Shown here: in pieces, positions 1 through 10,061 of the stretch
How positions within the stretch are numbered: the first letter of the stretch is position 1
How the letters are laid out: the number at the start of each line of letters is the position of its first letter
DNA from: a bacterium
GTDB taxonomy: Bacteria > UBP15 > UBA6099 > JAJRTR01
Direction: 5' to 3'
Assembly (NCBI GenBank): GCA_024278215.1
Contig: JAJRTR010000031.1
Span: 1-52,141 of the forward strand
DNA length: 52,141 nt
The notes under the pieces: generated by a model
The model's input: only the letters and a program-made list of their open reading frames with translations
What the model was told of the DNA's origin: nothing
The model's database searches: none
Translations under genes and position numbers: made by a program

Positions 1-1
1 C

Positions 2-205
2 TTCAGGCCGACAGACGCAGACCGCTTCTTCGAACCCTTCTACAGCGCAAAAGAAGGCGGCATGGGCTTGGGACTCACACTCGCGCGCCGCGCCGTTCTC
101 AAACACAACGGCCGCATCGGCATCAGCCGCTCCAGCGGCATCACCCGTGCCAGCTTCTTCATCCCACTCACAGAAAGCGCCGCGAAAACCCACGCAGTAC
201 GATAG
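2..205 (+). CDS. Sensor histidine kinase, C-terminal HATPase_c fragment (5' end outside window)
   Basis: Frame 2 reads ...DRFFEPFYSAKEGGMGLGLTLARRAVLKHNGRIGI...* with F and G2 boxes; TAG at 203-205. Confidence 0.85.
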   Translation, partial: FRPTDADRFFEPFYSAKEGGMGLGLTLARRAVLKHNGRIGISRSSGITRASFFIPLTESAAKTHAVR

Positions 206-243
206 TGTCATATATTTATTCCCTGCTGAACCCAATACCGCTT

Positions 244-421
244 AACCCGGATTTCTCACAAAGAAATCCGGAAAATCGCTATAACGCCTGTTCTACTGCG
301 TTGCGGCGGCGATTCGGGATCGGTCACATACCTGCAGTATGCTCCCGCACCACTCACTTGCCGCGCCTTGTATTACAGGCCTTCTCCTGATTTTGGCCCG
401 TATTGGTGAAATATGCGGGTT
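244..421. repeat. MITE-like repeat family A, copy 1
   Basis: Terminal inverted repeats AACCCGGATTTCTCAC / GTGAAATATGCGGGTT; similar copy at 45016-45220 and partial inverted copy at 41667-41729. Confidence 0.85.
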
Positions 422-422
422 G

Positions 423-612
423 GTATCTCACGACTGAAATGCGACACAGGATGGTAAAAATACGATGAAGAAGAGATTGGTGGAAGCTGGAGCTTCCCAG
501 GCGTTCCAAGGGTAGACCATGGGAACGATGAAACTCTGTGTGCCGTGCTCAAACCGCATTTGTTTGGGCACGAAAATGCGACCTTTTTGGTTCTGGCTGT
601 GCCGGGTTAGGA
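423..612. repeat. Dispersed repeat family B, copy 1 (contains REP-like hairpins)
   Basis: Nearly identical to the reverse complement of 13379-13572; partial copy at about 29611-29672. Confidence 0.9.
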
Positions 613-623
613 GGAGGTGCGAT

Positions 624-917
624 ATGCCAGGGAAAAGCCCATATCAGATTGTACTTTCCGATCATGAGAAGAACTCTCTGCAAAAAATGACACGAAATAT
701 ACGTCACCGTATTGTGGAGTTGTCCGCGCCAGAATCGTTCCTCTGGCTGCCGAAGGGCCTGAAAACAAGGAAATCGGCAAACGGCTCGAACTGCCCCGGC
801 ACGGTTCCGGCCCCTCATAGTTGTCGTCGTGTCGAGTTCGAATACAAACGGGGCGGCGCTCCGGCGTACCCGGTACACGATCTGAAATTAACCTGGATTT
901 GTGAAATATGCGGGGTA
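624..917 (+). pseudogene. IS630-family transposase remnant (frameshifted, internally deleted)
   Basis: MPGKSPYQIVLSDHEK... continues after a frameshift as YTSPYCGVVRARIVPLAAEGPENKEIGKRLELP (HTH N-terminus), then jumps to RRVEFEYKRGG.AY (DDE-region motif). Confidence 0.7.
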
Positions 918-959
918 AACCGAGGTTGAATTATGAGGGCTGAAAAGAGACAGAATATA

Positions 960-988
960 AAATAACCGCCCATTCAGAGCGGTTATTT
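960..988 (-). terminator. Intrinsic terminator downstream of tRNA-Ala
   Basis: Stem AAATAACCGC...GCGGTTATTT with a T-rich tail on the minus strand. Confidence 0.7.
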
Positions 989-992
989 GAAG

Positions 993-1065
993 TGGAGATG
1001 AAGAGATTCGAACTCTCGACCTCCGCCGTGCGAGGGCGGCGCTCTCCCATCTGAGCTACATCCCC
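993..1065 (-). tRNA. tRNA-Ala(CGC), CCA not encoded
   Basis: GGGGATGTAGCTCAGATGGGAGAGCG-CCGCC-CTCGCAC-GGCGG-AGGTCGAGAGTTCGAATCTCTTCATCTCCA; G3:U70 pair, anticodon CGC, T-loop GTTCGAAT. Confidence 0.96.
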
Positions 1066-1110
1066 TTTTATTGTACTTTGCGCCGGGTTTCTGCGCTTGA
1101 GACATCTCAC

Positions 1111-1138
1111 ATTATAGCATTTTCAAGCAGGCTTACAA
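1111..1138 (-). promoter_or_regulatory. Putative sigma70 promoter of tRNA-Ala
   Basis: Minus strand TTGTAA-N16-TATAAT about 45 nt upstream of the tRNA. Confidence 0.5.
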
Positions 1139-1489
1139 GTCTTCTTTTACACTTTATAAGCCGATTGCAAAATTATGTTCAACTGCATCCGGCTGCAATT
1201 GATTCCAGTACGCAATGGGGAAATATGGGGGATAGCGTCATGTCGGTAAAAATCGTCCTCGATGTACTATCCAGATACCGCCTGCGGGGATTTTTTATCT
1301 TCGCCCTGTTCTCTCCCGGACAATCCAGCTCGGTATCGCTGCAAACATGATTTTGCAAGATGCTCACCGGTAAAAAAACTAAGTGGGGGTATCCATATCG
1401 CTCCAGTAAATACAATATGTTGTATGCCCGATGAGGAAGAAACGACGATATATTGTGCCACCCGGGATAAAGTGGATACCCCAGAAAAA

Positions 1490-2336
1490 CTATCTCGTTG
1501 CCGCGGCGAATTTTCGCGCGTCTTCTTCTTCGATTGTGCGGATCAGCGCTTCTCCAAGATACTCGTTTCCTTCAGTATAGGCTTTGATGGCGGCATCCAC
1601 TTTTTTCCATTGATTATTGTCAAGAGTCATTTTGTCGTAGAAGAAATCAATGATAAGGCTCGACGGCACATCTTCTCCCGATAGTGTGGTCATTGTACCC
1701 ATAAGTATCATTTTAACAGGATGTCTCTTCGCCGAATCGATCCATAAATGTCCGTTCACGTTTTTCAGAGACTGTCCCGGGCAGAAGGGTATTTCGTCAG
1801 AAATTATTTTGAACACATAAGTATTCTGATCCTCGAATATTTCCGGCTCGACGTCGACAAAACGCACCTTCGAGAAAAATGAATCCGCGGAGTCTTCCAG
1901 CGAGAAAACGGAGATGGGCGACACTTTTGTGGGTATCTCGGAGATTGTATCTGAGAGCAGGTCGTGCAGAATGGAATCGCGTCCGTTTGTGAATGAGTAA
2001 TACACCATCGGAAAGGGGTCCTGGAGCGAGGCGTAACGGAATGAGTAATCGTCGCGGGGAAACTCGAGGCGAATCCTGGCCGAGCGTTCCATAGTGCCGG
2101 TTTCCGAGCCGATGAAGACAGTGACAACGATGCCGAAAGGCATCAAGTCGGTTATGTGAGAGCGCAAGGACTGTCTGTTCGTTTGCAGCACTTTCCCTGT
2201 GTCCTGTGCGGTGTAAACTTTGCTGCAAAACGGCATGCAGCAAAGCAGGATTGCGATGCTTGCAAAAAGTGTTGACAGGCACTGGTTTCTACCGGTTAGT
2301 AGAAACGCGATGTTTTGTCCTTTTTGCAGGTTCATT
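1490..2336 (-). CDS. Exported hypothetical protein, possibly LolA-like fold (start uncertain)
   Basis: Long ORF with hydrophobic N-terminal segment and a LolA-like LWID...HPVKM motif. Confidence 0.55.
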
Positions 2337-2339
2337 TGC

Positions 2340-2897
2340 TTAATCCCAATCCGCCGTAAGCTCCGTATAGGGGTCGCCCGACGCGGCGCATTTTGTTTTT
2401 CTGACAATCGGGTTTCGTCCGCCGGAGATTTCGATCAGCCGGCGGCCCCATCCTACCAGGTTCTCGAAGAGTTCGATGTGCGGCAGTTCGTAGCCGGTGA
2501 TCTTCAATATCGCGTGGTTCTTCTCTTCGTCGACGACCACTTCGAGTCTGCCCGAGTCGTGGAACGATTTCCAGAGCAGGGCGGTGCGTTCCAGAGTCTG
2601 TTTGACATTGTCCTTTTTGACCTTCTAACTGTACACGCCCTTAAGGCTTGATTCCGCCGTCAACTCACCGATTATTTCATTGATTTTCGGATACTTTCCC
2701 GATAGTACACTGTAGATGCTTTGATTCAGGTCTTTATAAATCTCCGCATCGTACCAGCTTGAAAAGAGGAGATTACGGAGACGTTCGGAATTCTCTGGTT
2801 TCATCTTATCGAGGACTTTTTGAAATGTTTCCTCTCCATAAGTTTCTTTCAATATCTGGATACGATTCAAAAGCGCAACGCCCTTGGTTTTTGTCAT
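2340..2897 (-). CDS. DUF2378/V4R-like protein interrupted by one in-frame TAG (2625-2627)
   Basis: ORFs 2625-2930 and 2340-2540 are in the same frame; reads ...SSWYD...KGVYS*KVKKDNVKQTLERTALLWKSFHDSGRLEV...KCAASGDPYTELTADWD. Confidence 0.7.
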
Positions 2898-2990
2898 AAT
2901 CAACCACATCCCTCTAATGTGTCTGTTCATTGATACTATTTGCAGTCTGTATTATATCTTACATTTGAGACAAAACGCAATGAAGTTGTT

Positions 2991-3884
2991 TCAGGCGCGC
3001 GGGTGTGTCTTTTCGTAGGTTTCCCTGAGACGTTTGGTGGAGATGTGGGAGTAAATCTGTGTCGTGGAAAGGCTGGAGTGGCCGAGGAGTTCCTGTATGG
3101 CCCGAAGGTCCGCGCCATTGTTGAGCAGGTGAGTGGCGAAGGAGTGGCGCAGGGAATGAGGTGTGATATTCTTGTCGATAGCGATTATGTGTATGTACTT
3201 TTTGATGAGGCGCTGTACACTGCGCGCGGTGAGCCGACTGCCGAAACGATTGAGGAAAAGCGCGTGCGTTGTGTCGCGTGCCGACAGTTGCGGACGGCCT
3301 TTCAGAATGTATATTTCAACAGCCTGCCTGGACTTGTCGCCGACGAAAACTATGCGTTCCTTGCCGCCCTTTCCCTTTATCCTTATCTCGTCGCGGCCAT
3401 CGGCGGGTACGTCATAGAGGTCCAGCGCTACAAGTTCGCTAACGCGCAGGCCGCACGAATATAGCATCTCCAGGATAGCGCGGTCGCGCAGGCCGCCGGG
3501 AGTGTTCGCGGGCGGCGCGTCCATCAGCATGCCTGCTTCCTCCATATAGAGAAAATCAGGCAGTTTTCGCTCGAGGCGCGGCGTATCGAGCGTTGAGAAG
3601 ATGTTATGTTCGACAACTTTTTTCGCTTTCAGGTACTTGAAGAAAGCGCGAAGTGCTGAAACGCGGCGTGCGATGGTCGTGCGCTTCATGTTTTTTTTGT
3701 TAAGCTCTGCGAGGTATCGGCGTGCTTCGCGTATGCCGATGTCGCGCGGTGTTGCGGCAATTTCAGCATCGCTGCAAAAGTTTACGAAATCATTTATGTC
3801 GCGCTTGTACGCGGCGGTTGTGTTTTTTGCCAGTCCACGATCATACTCGAGGTGGTCAATGAATTGTTTGATGTAGTTTTTCAT
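2991..3884 (-). CDS. xerC: Tyrosine recombinase XerC/XerD family
   Basis: RDRAILEMLYSCGLRVSEL, KGKGGKERIV, HSLRHSFATHLL, LLGHSSLSTTQIY catalytic motifs. Confidence 0.9.
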   Translation of the reverse strand: MKNYIKQFIDHLEYDRGLAKNTTAAYKRDINDFVNFCSDAEIAATPRDIGIREARRYLAELNKKNMKRTTIARRVSALRAFFKYLKAKKVVEHNIFSTLDTPRLERKLPDFLYMEEAGMLMDAPPANTPGGLRDRAILEMLYSCGLRVSELVALDLYDVPADGRDEIRIKGKGGKERIVFVGDKSRQAVEIYILKGRPQLSARDTTHALFLNRFGSRLTARSVQRLIKKYIHIIAIDKNITPHSLRHSFATHLLNNGADLRAIQELLGHSSLSTTQIYSHISTKRLRETYEKTHPRA

Positions 3885-3986
3885 GTGTTCATGCCTTATC
3901 TCACACACACAAACGGGTTTATCGGCAACATGTTGTAGCTTACGGCGAACTAAGGGCCTGACAATAATATCCGGGAATCCCGTTTT

Positions 3987-4517
3987 TTATCGCATAATAT
4001 TTAATGTTGAGAAATCCGCGCGCGAGCCGGCTTCGAGTTCGAGAAGCGCTCTCTTGACATCCGGTCCTGTCGCGTATCCGCCTGTCGTGCCGTCTGCTTT
4101 TGTCACTCTGTGACACGGCACAATTACAGGAACCGGATTCGAGTTAAGGGCGTTGCCCGCCGCGCGCGCGCCGCCCGCCGCATCCGCCGCCCGTGCGACA
4201 TCGCCATAGCTCGATGTCGTTCCGTAAGGAATCATAGCTGTCGCGGCCCATACCTTTTTCTGAAAAGCCGTCGCAGTGCCGAAATCGAGCTTTACGCTGA
4301 ATACCAGCGGTACACCCGCGAAGTATTCGTCCAGTTGCGCGGCTGCATCCTTAACAAAATCAGGGATATGAGCGGGGGCAGTATTTTGCGCGCCGACAGA
4401 CATATATTGTAGCGCTTCACTTTTGGACCTGAAGCCGAAACGGAAACGCGACACGCCCAATTTGGTCCACTCGATCAGGCACCGGCCTGCGTTGTTTTCC
4501 CAGATATATGATTTCAT
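3987..4517 (-). CDS. ogt: Methylated-DNA-protein-cysteine methyltransferase
   Basis: IPYGTTSSYG and NPVPVIVPCHRV active-site motif. Confidence 0.92.
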   Translation of the reverse strand: MKSYIWENNAGRCLIEWTKLGVSRFRFGFRSKSEALQYMSVGAQNTAPAHIPDFVKDAAAQLDEYFAGVPLVFSVKLDFGTATAFQKKVWAATAMIPYGTTSSYGDVARAADAAGGARAAGNALNSNPVPVIVPCHRVTKADGTTGGYATGPDVKRALLELEAGSRADFSTLNIMR

Positions 4518-6151
4518 GATTCGATCATCGCGCGGCTTCTTTTTTTTCTGTGGAAGGTGACGGCGAATCTATGGACTTCGCCGATGACCATCTGCACGAG
4601 TCGCGCGGCGTCCTCTTCAGGGCTGAAAATGATCGGTGTGGATTCGCCGAGCACGTGCGACACGCCCGACTTTTTCGCGTAACCGATAGCGTAGAGATCG
4701 CCGTCGTAACCTGAGTCGGCGAGTCCTCCGGCAAGTGCCGTCACCTGTCCGCGCCCGCCGTCGACCACCACGAGATCGGGCGCTTTCTCTTCGCCCCTGC
4801 GCACTCTCGCGAAGTATCTCGCCGTCATCTCGCGCATAGATGAGAAATCGTCGCGGCCCGCGCCGCGAATAATAAATTTGCGGTAGCTGTCTTTGTCGGG
4901 TTTCGCGTCCTGGAACACGACGGCCGCGCCGACAGTGTTCGTGCCCTGTATAGTCGATATATCGAACCCGACGATGCGCCTGATGAGCCTGTTCGCGCCG
5001 ACGCGCCGGGTGAGTGCCTGCGTGAGTTTGCGCCGTGATTCGCGGCTCGCGCGCTGCCTGCCGAGTTCGTCCGCAAGCCGCTGGCAGGCGTTTTCGAGGG
5101 CCGTCTCCACAAGTTTTTTCTTTTTCCCGCGCTGCGGAACGCGCAGATACACTCTTTTTTCCGCTTTCGCCTCAAGCATCGCAACGAGCAGTTCTTTTTC
5201 ATCGGGTTCGTGGCTTAGATATATCTCGCCGGGCGGCGTACCTGAAGGTCCATAATAAAGTTTGATGAAAGCGGATATGGTTTCCTCCCGAGTCTGTTCG
5301 GGGTTGATGTTGAGTATGAAAGGGTCGTGGCCTGTGAGGAGCCCCCCGCGTATGAACATGATTTCTGCACACGCGAGACGCCCGTCGTTGACGACGGCGA
5401 TCACATCGCGGTCGCGGCCATCCTGGAACATTACGGTCTGTCTCTCTTTAGTAACTGATTCGAGTGCGGCTATCCTGTCGCGTAGCGCGGCGGCCCTTTC
5501 GAAATTCATTTCCGACGATGCTGCTTTCATGTCTTTCTTCAGTTTGCGTATCACATCGCCGGCGCGGCCTTCGAGAAACAGGGCTACTTCCCTGATCGTT
5601 TTCCGGTACTGCGCGGGGGAAACGTCGCCCGAACACGGCCCGCTGCATTTGTCGATGTGATAGTACATGCAGGGTTCTTTTTTCATCGTTTTGCAGTGGC
5701 GAAGCGGGAAGACGCGATGGAGGAACCGCAGTGTGCCGCGCACGCCCGACGCCGAGGAATAGGGTCCGAAATAGCGTGCGCCGTCTTTCGTTATGCGGCG
5801 TGCCACTTCGAGGCGCGGGTAATCCTCGTTCGTCAGTTTGAGATATGGGTAGCCGGAGTCGTCCTTGAGTCGGATATTATAATGCGGTTTATACTTTTTT
5901 ATAAGTGTCGATTCGAGCAGGAGGGCTTCGAGTTCGTTTGCTGTAATGATGAAATCGAAATCGCGGATCGCCCGAACGAGCCGGGCGGTTTTATCACCTT
6001 CGTGACCCGATTCCCTGAAGTATGAAGACACGCGGCTCCGCAGGTTGACGGCCTTGCCCACATAGATGACGCGGTCGCTGCTGTTCTTATATATATACAC
6101 GCCGGGTTTCGCGGGCAGCATTTTGATTTTCTTTTTTATCAGCGTTTCCAT
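4514..6151 (-). CDS. uvrC: Excinuclease ABC subunit C lacking the C-terminal HhH domain
   Basis: GIY-YIG (PGVYIY...IYVGKAVNL), UVR domain (FERAAALRDRI), RNase H-like domain (GFDIS, DDF, PDLVVVDGGRGQ). Confidence 0.92.
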   Translation of the reverse strand: METLIKKKIKMLPAKPGVYIYKNSSDRVIYVGKAVNLRSRVSSYFRESGHEGDKTARLVRAIRDFDFIITANELEALLLESTLIKKYKPHYNIRLKDDSGYPYLKLTNEDYPRLEVARRITKDGARYFGPYSSASGVRGTLRFLHRVFPLRHCKTMKKEPCMYYHIDKCSGPCSGDVSPAQYRKTIREVALFLEGRAGDVIRKLKKDMKAASSEMNFERAAALRDRIAALESVTKERQTVMFQDGRDRDVIAVVNDGRLACAEIMFIRGGLLTGHDPFILNINPEQTREETISAFIKLYYGPSGTPPGEIYLSHEPDEKELLVAMLEAKAEKRVYLRVPQRGKKKKLVETALENACQRLADELGRQRASRESRRKLTQALTRRVGANRLIRRIVGFDISTIQGTNTVGAAVVFQDAKPDKDSYRKFIIRGAGRDDFSSMREMTARYFARVRRGEEKAPDLVVVDGGRGQVTALAGGLADSGYDGDLYAIGYAKKSGVSHVLGESTPIIFSPEEDAARLVQMVIGEVHRFAVTFHRKKRSRAMIES

Positions 6152-6332
6152 CAGTTTCTATTATAGCAAGTACGGTCGAACAGCGCCGCATTTTGCAATC
6201 ACCGGCTATATGGAATAAAATGTACGGCGAACAACAAGATGAAGAAGCCGATTGCAGCCGGATGCGACGCGGCACATGATTATGCAATCGCCACGGGACG
6301 GCAACAGATATTTATATCAGCGAGGTGACGAT

Positions 6333-8483
6333 ATGGCAGCGAGGAAAAAAGTTGTGAAACGAACAAAGAAGTCAAGATCGTTCGCGAAAGAAGTAAGTGC
6401 GATTATCAGCGGAAGTTATCCGGAAAGTCTGACGGGCGAAGGCAAGAGACCGATCCCGAACGATCATGCCGCGCACTGTGTTCAACTTATAGGCTGGGGC
6501 CACACGCGGCTTGCGGCGGACCACCTGCTGCTGCCTGAAATCAACGGTCGGCTCGACGATGTTTTTTCCGGCATACTCAGGCGGTTGAACCTGTCGTTCA
6601 AGATGAGCTGCCTGAAGGGTGCCGTGCCCGGCACCGTGAAGGAAACCCGTGTGCTGGCGCGCTTTCGCGCCTACGAGTTTCTGCTTGAGGCCGGGCTGAA
6701 CTTCCAGGGGCACGAAAGCGGCGCGCTGGACGATATGGAAAAGAGCGTATGCTTCTATCACCTGATAAATACATTACGGAATTTCGAAGCGATAGAGACG
6801 GCGGAATACGGCGAGGCCGTTATCGCGGCGGCCGCGGTAGCCGGCATTCTGGCGGGAATGGAACTGGTGCAGGGAGGCGCGAGCATGACGGCGAAGAGTG
6901 CCGGTCGCATAAAGAAAGCCATGCGTGGCGACGCGCCCGCGACAATCGAATTCCTGCTCGCCGCAGGCGACGAGATCGAATCGAATATATATTTCCAGAT
7001 AGTCGCCGCGGGCGACTGCAAATTCGGGAACGACTATGCGCTGGGTCTGCGCTGGCTGCGGCATCTGGGTTTCGAGCAGGTGTCGACCAATCCTGTGCTG
7101 GCCGCGCTTGCGTACAAGGACGACCCCTCGCTGAAGGAAGCTTTCCGGCGCGAAGTGGTCAATCACCCGAAGTATGCGGACTGGGCTGCGGCACCAGGGA
7201 AGCATGGCGACGAGATCGCACTCAACGCGACGCTCGCGGCGCTGTGGGACAACCTGCACGTGTTTCGGCCCGTGTTCTATAACCATGCGGACACGACAGG
7301 CGGTGGTGTGGTGAGTTTCCAGCTCAACCCGAATATCGCCGACAGGGCGAAGGAGAGCATAGCGGACGCATTCGACGCGCTGGCGCAGGCACAGGCCGAT
7401 CTGGATGTTTATGACGCTTACCTGCTCGCGGGCTACCAGTGTTACACCGACCTGGGAAGACCGAACATGGTGATTAAAGTCGCCGCTTCGCATCCCGCCG
7501 CGCGCGAGATCGCTTCGACTATCAACGCTTACGGGCTGGGTTCGAACATTACTGTCGTTTACACCGTGGCGCAGCAGATCACGATGATTATCGAGGAACT
7601 CGCGGGCATGGCCGCCGCGATAAAGAAAGGTATCACACCCACACAGCTATACATGACGAACATGGGCGGCCGCTTCGAAAGCCACCTGCGCGAGGTCGTG
7701 CTTGAAGATTACTTTATGAAACTGAAAAAGAAGATCGGCGAGAAGAAAGCCGTAAACAAGATCGAAACTCTCGCGCGCGCGAACGGCAGTCTCAAGGCGG
7801 TGAAAGCGGCGGCGTCATACAAAGAAAAAGTTGTCGCCGCAACTGCATATAAATCACAGAAAGTCATCGACGGCAAAGTAGCCGGTGCGCTCAGGGATGT
7901 CGCGCCAAAGAGAGAACTTGAACAATGGGAAGCGGACATCGCGAAGTCCGGCACACTCGTCGCGAGGCGCGTGTGGCACATCTTCTTCTCGGAGAAGAAC
8001 CGCGAGAAATGGATCGACTATCTCTGCGAAAGTTTCGGCATAGAATATGACCAGGCTTTCCTGCTGATGAGCCGTCTTAACTATCTCCCTGCCTCGAAGC
8101 GCAAACCGCTGGACACTTTCTGGACAATTACTTCGCAGAATATGGTACACACGGAATTCGGCAACCACCAGGAGAACGTGCTCCAGATGTCGTGGCGGGA
8201 CGACTTCGACATGATGGATTATGTCGAATCTATCCGCGACGATTTCGAGCCGGAGGTTGTCGAGCGGCTCAACCGGCTTGACGATTTCCGCATCGGCTAC
8301 GAGATAAACAGCGACCTGAAGCACCTGCTCGATGAAGCGGGAATCGCGGGCGACTACGGCACAAAGGGGCACAAACCCGTACACTGGCAACAGTTCGGTT
8401 CGGTGATGAAGACATCGGCGGAATTCAGGAAAGCTTATGATGATTTCAAAGAATTTGTGCTTGAGATTCTGCCGAAGCAGTAG
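6333..8483 (+). CDS. Extended transaldolase-family protein (about 716 aa)
   Basis: VSTNP, VSFQLNP, NMVIKV (Schiff-base Lys) and NITVVYT motifs; GAGGTG RBS before ATG 6333. Confidence 0.75.
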   Translation: MAARKKVVKRTKKSRSFAKEVSAIISGSYPESLTGEGKRPIPNDHAAHCVQLIGWGHTRLAADHLLLPEINGRLDDVFSGILRRLNLSFKMSCLKGAVPGTVKETRVLARFRAYEFLLEAGLNFQGHESGALDDMEKSVCFYHLINTLRNFEAIETAEYGEAVIAAAAVAGILAGMELVQGGASMTAKSAGRIKKAMRGDAPATIEFLLAAGDEIESNIYFQIVAAGDCKFGNDYALGLRWLRHLGFEQVSTNPVLAALAYKDDPSLKEAFRREVVNHPKYADWAAAPGKHGDEIALNATLAALWDNLHVFRPVFYNHADTTGGGVVSFQLNPNIADRAKESIADAFDALAQAQADLDVYDAYLLAGYQCYTDLGRPNMVIKVAASHPAAREIASTINAYGLGSNITVVYTVAQQITMIIEELAGMAAAIKKGITPTQLYMTNMGGRFESHLREVVLEDYFMKLKKKIGEKKAVNKIETLARANGSLKAVKAAASYKEKVVAATAYKSQKVIDGKVAGALRDVAPKRELEQWEADIAKSGTLVARRVWHIFFSEKNREKWIDYLCESFGIEYDQAFLLMSRLNYLPASKRKPLDTFWTITSQNMVHTEFGNHQENVLQMSWRDDFDMMDYVESIRDDFEPEVVERLNRLDDFRIGYEINSDLKHLLDEAGIAGDYGTKGHKPVHWQQFGSVMKTSAEFRKAYDDFKEFVLEILPKQ

Positions 8484-8694
8484 TGTTGATAGAAAATGAC
8501 ACCCGGACTTAAGTCCGGGACAGTTCATTATTTTTACTGATGTGATACAATAGCTTTATAATATGGCGGCGTTATTTAGGACCTGCACGTTATTATTGAT
8601 ACAATGGCACTTCAACAGGTACATCTTATTCCTTCGTGGTCCCATAATATTGTGATATTTTGAGAACTTCAAATATAGATAGGCGATGTGATAT

Positions 8695-10005
8695 ATGACA
8701 GAGAAAGAACAGACAGAAAAAAAGACAGAGAAACAGACAGAGAAAAAAATGAATTTCAAGGACCTTGGCGTAAGAGGTGAGATTCTGAGAGCTATCCGAA
8801 AGCAGGGGTTCGAGCATCCCACCCCGATACAGGAAAAGGTTATCCCGCTGGCGCTGGATGGAAAAAATGTTGTCGGCAGCGCCCAGACAGGATCGGGAAA
8901 GACTGCGGCATTCATGATACCTGTGCTGCAAAGCCTGATGGAAAACGGCAGTGGATTCAGGTGTCTCGTGGTCGAGCCGACGCGAGAACTCGCCATGCAG
9001 GTCAGAGATGTCACGGAGGAGATGGGCAAGTACACGGGCCTCAAATGTGTCGTAGTGTTCGGTGGCGTTCCTGCCGGCGGCCAGCTATCAAAGATCAGAG
9101 ATGGCGTTGATATTCTGGTGGCTACTCCGGGAAGGCTTTACGATCTCGTGTGGCAGGGAGCCGTCGACTTCGATAATATCACGCATTTCATTGTCGACGA
9201 AGTCGACCGCATGCTGGACATGGGTTTTATCGAGGACATCGAGCGAATCATCTCATTTCTTCCCAGGCGATCATACCAGAAAATGTTTTTTTCGGCCACG
9301 CTTCCACCTGAAGTGAGGCGGCCTATGAACAAACTTGTCGGCGAATATGTGGAGGTTGCCGTCGGCGGCAAGTCGAAACCGGCTACCGGAATCACGCATG
9401 AACTTTATCCTGTGCGGCGTCAGAATAAAACGAAACTGCTTATTGAACTCCTGAAAGGTCGCGGAATCGACTCGGCGATAATATTTGTCGAAACAAAAAG
9501 AACGGCGGACAAGTTGCAGGACGAGATGAAAAAGAAGAGGCTCAACGTGGCGGCCTTCCACTCGGGTTTCACGCAGGTGGCGCGCTATGACAGGCTGGAT
9601 ATGTTCAAACGCGGTAAAATCAAATTTCTTGTGGCGACCAATGTCGCCGCGCGCGGACTGGACATCACCGGGATAACCCACATATACAACTATGAGGTGC
9701 CGCAACTCGCCGAAGATTATGTGCACAGAATCGGGCGCAGCGCGCGCGCCGATGCCACGGGCATTGCCGTCACCCTGGCTTCACCCGAAGAGGCGCGCTA
9801 CCTCTCGAATATCGAAAGACTGATAAAGATGAAACTGCCGAGAAAGCATTTCGGCGAGTTGACCATGGACGATCTCAGGCCCTCGAAAAGCAGGTCAGGG
9901 GGCGGTGGCGGCAGGGGCGGCTACAGCGGAAAACCCCGCTCGAAAAAACCTTATAAAGGAAAGAAACGGCCTGCGGGCGGGCAACAATACAAGAAACGGA
10001 AATAG
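8695..10005 (+). CDS. DEAD-box RNA helicase
   Basis: AQTGSGKT, PTRELA, TPGRL, DEVD, SAT, ARGLD, HRIGRSAR motifs; basic Gly-rich tail. Confidence 0.95.
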   Translation: MTEKEQTEKKTEKQTEKKMNFKDLGVRGEILRAIRKQGFEHPTPIQEKVIPLALDGKNVVGSAQTGSGKTAAFMIPVLQSLMENGSGFRCLVVEPTRELAMQVRDVTEEMGKYTGLKCVVVFGGVPAGGQLSKIRDGVDILVATPGRLYDLVWQGAVDFDNITHFIVDEVDRMLDMGFIEDIERIISFLPRRSYQKMFFSATLPPEVRRPMNKLVGEYVEVAVGGKSKPATGITHELYPVRRQNKTKLLIELLKGRGIDSAIIFVETKRTADKLQDEMKKKRLNVAAFHSGFTQVARYDRLDMFKRGKIKFLVATNVAARGLDITGITHIYNYEVPQLAEDYVHRIGRSARADATGIAVTLASPEEARYLSNIERLIKMKLPRKHFGELTMDDLRPSKSRSGGGGGRGGYSGKPRSKKPYKGKKRPAGGQQYKKRK

Positions 10006-10061
10006 CACTTCAGCCGGTCGCGTCAGGACTCACTTCAACATAGACTCTGCAACCGGCTCAC

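Noticed and set aside
1179-1461. Small ORFs and an NrdR-box-like ACAATATGTTGT (about 1412-1423) between the tRNA and the next gene
   Set aside because: No motifs or RBS for the ORFs; single box with no ribonucleotide reductase gene nearby.
2991-3884. Tyrosine recombinase as a prophage or integron integrase at tRNA-Ala
   Set aside because: Sequence is typical XerC/D without the integron-integrase insertion; no duplicated tRNA 3' end or phage genes were seen.
8697-8750. 12-nt tandem repeats (TEKQ/TEKK) at the helicase 5' end as a phase-variation tract
   Set aside because: Unit length is a multiple of three and degenerate, so it would not shift the frame.
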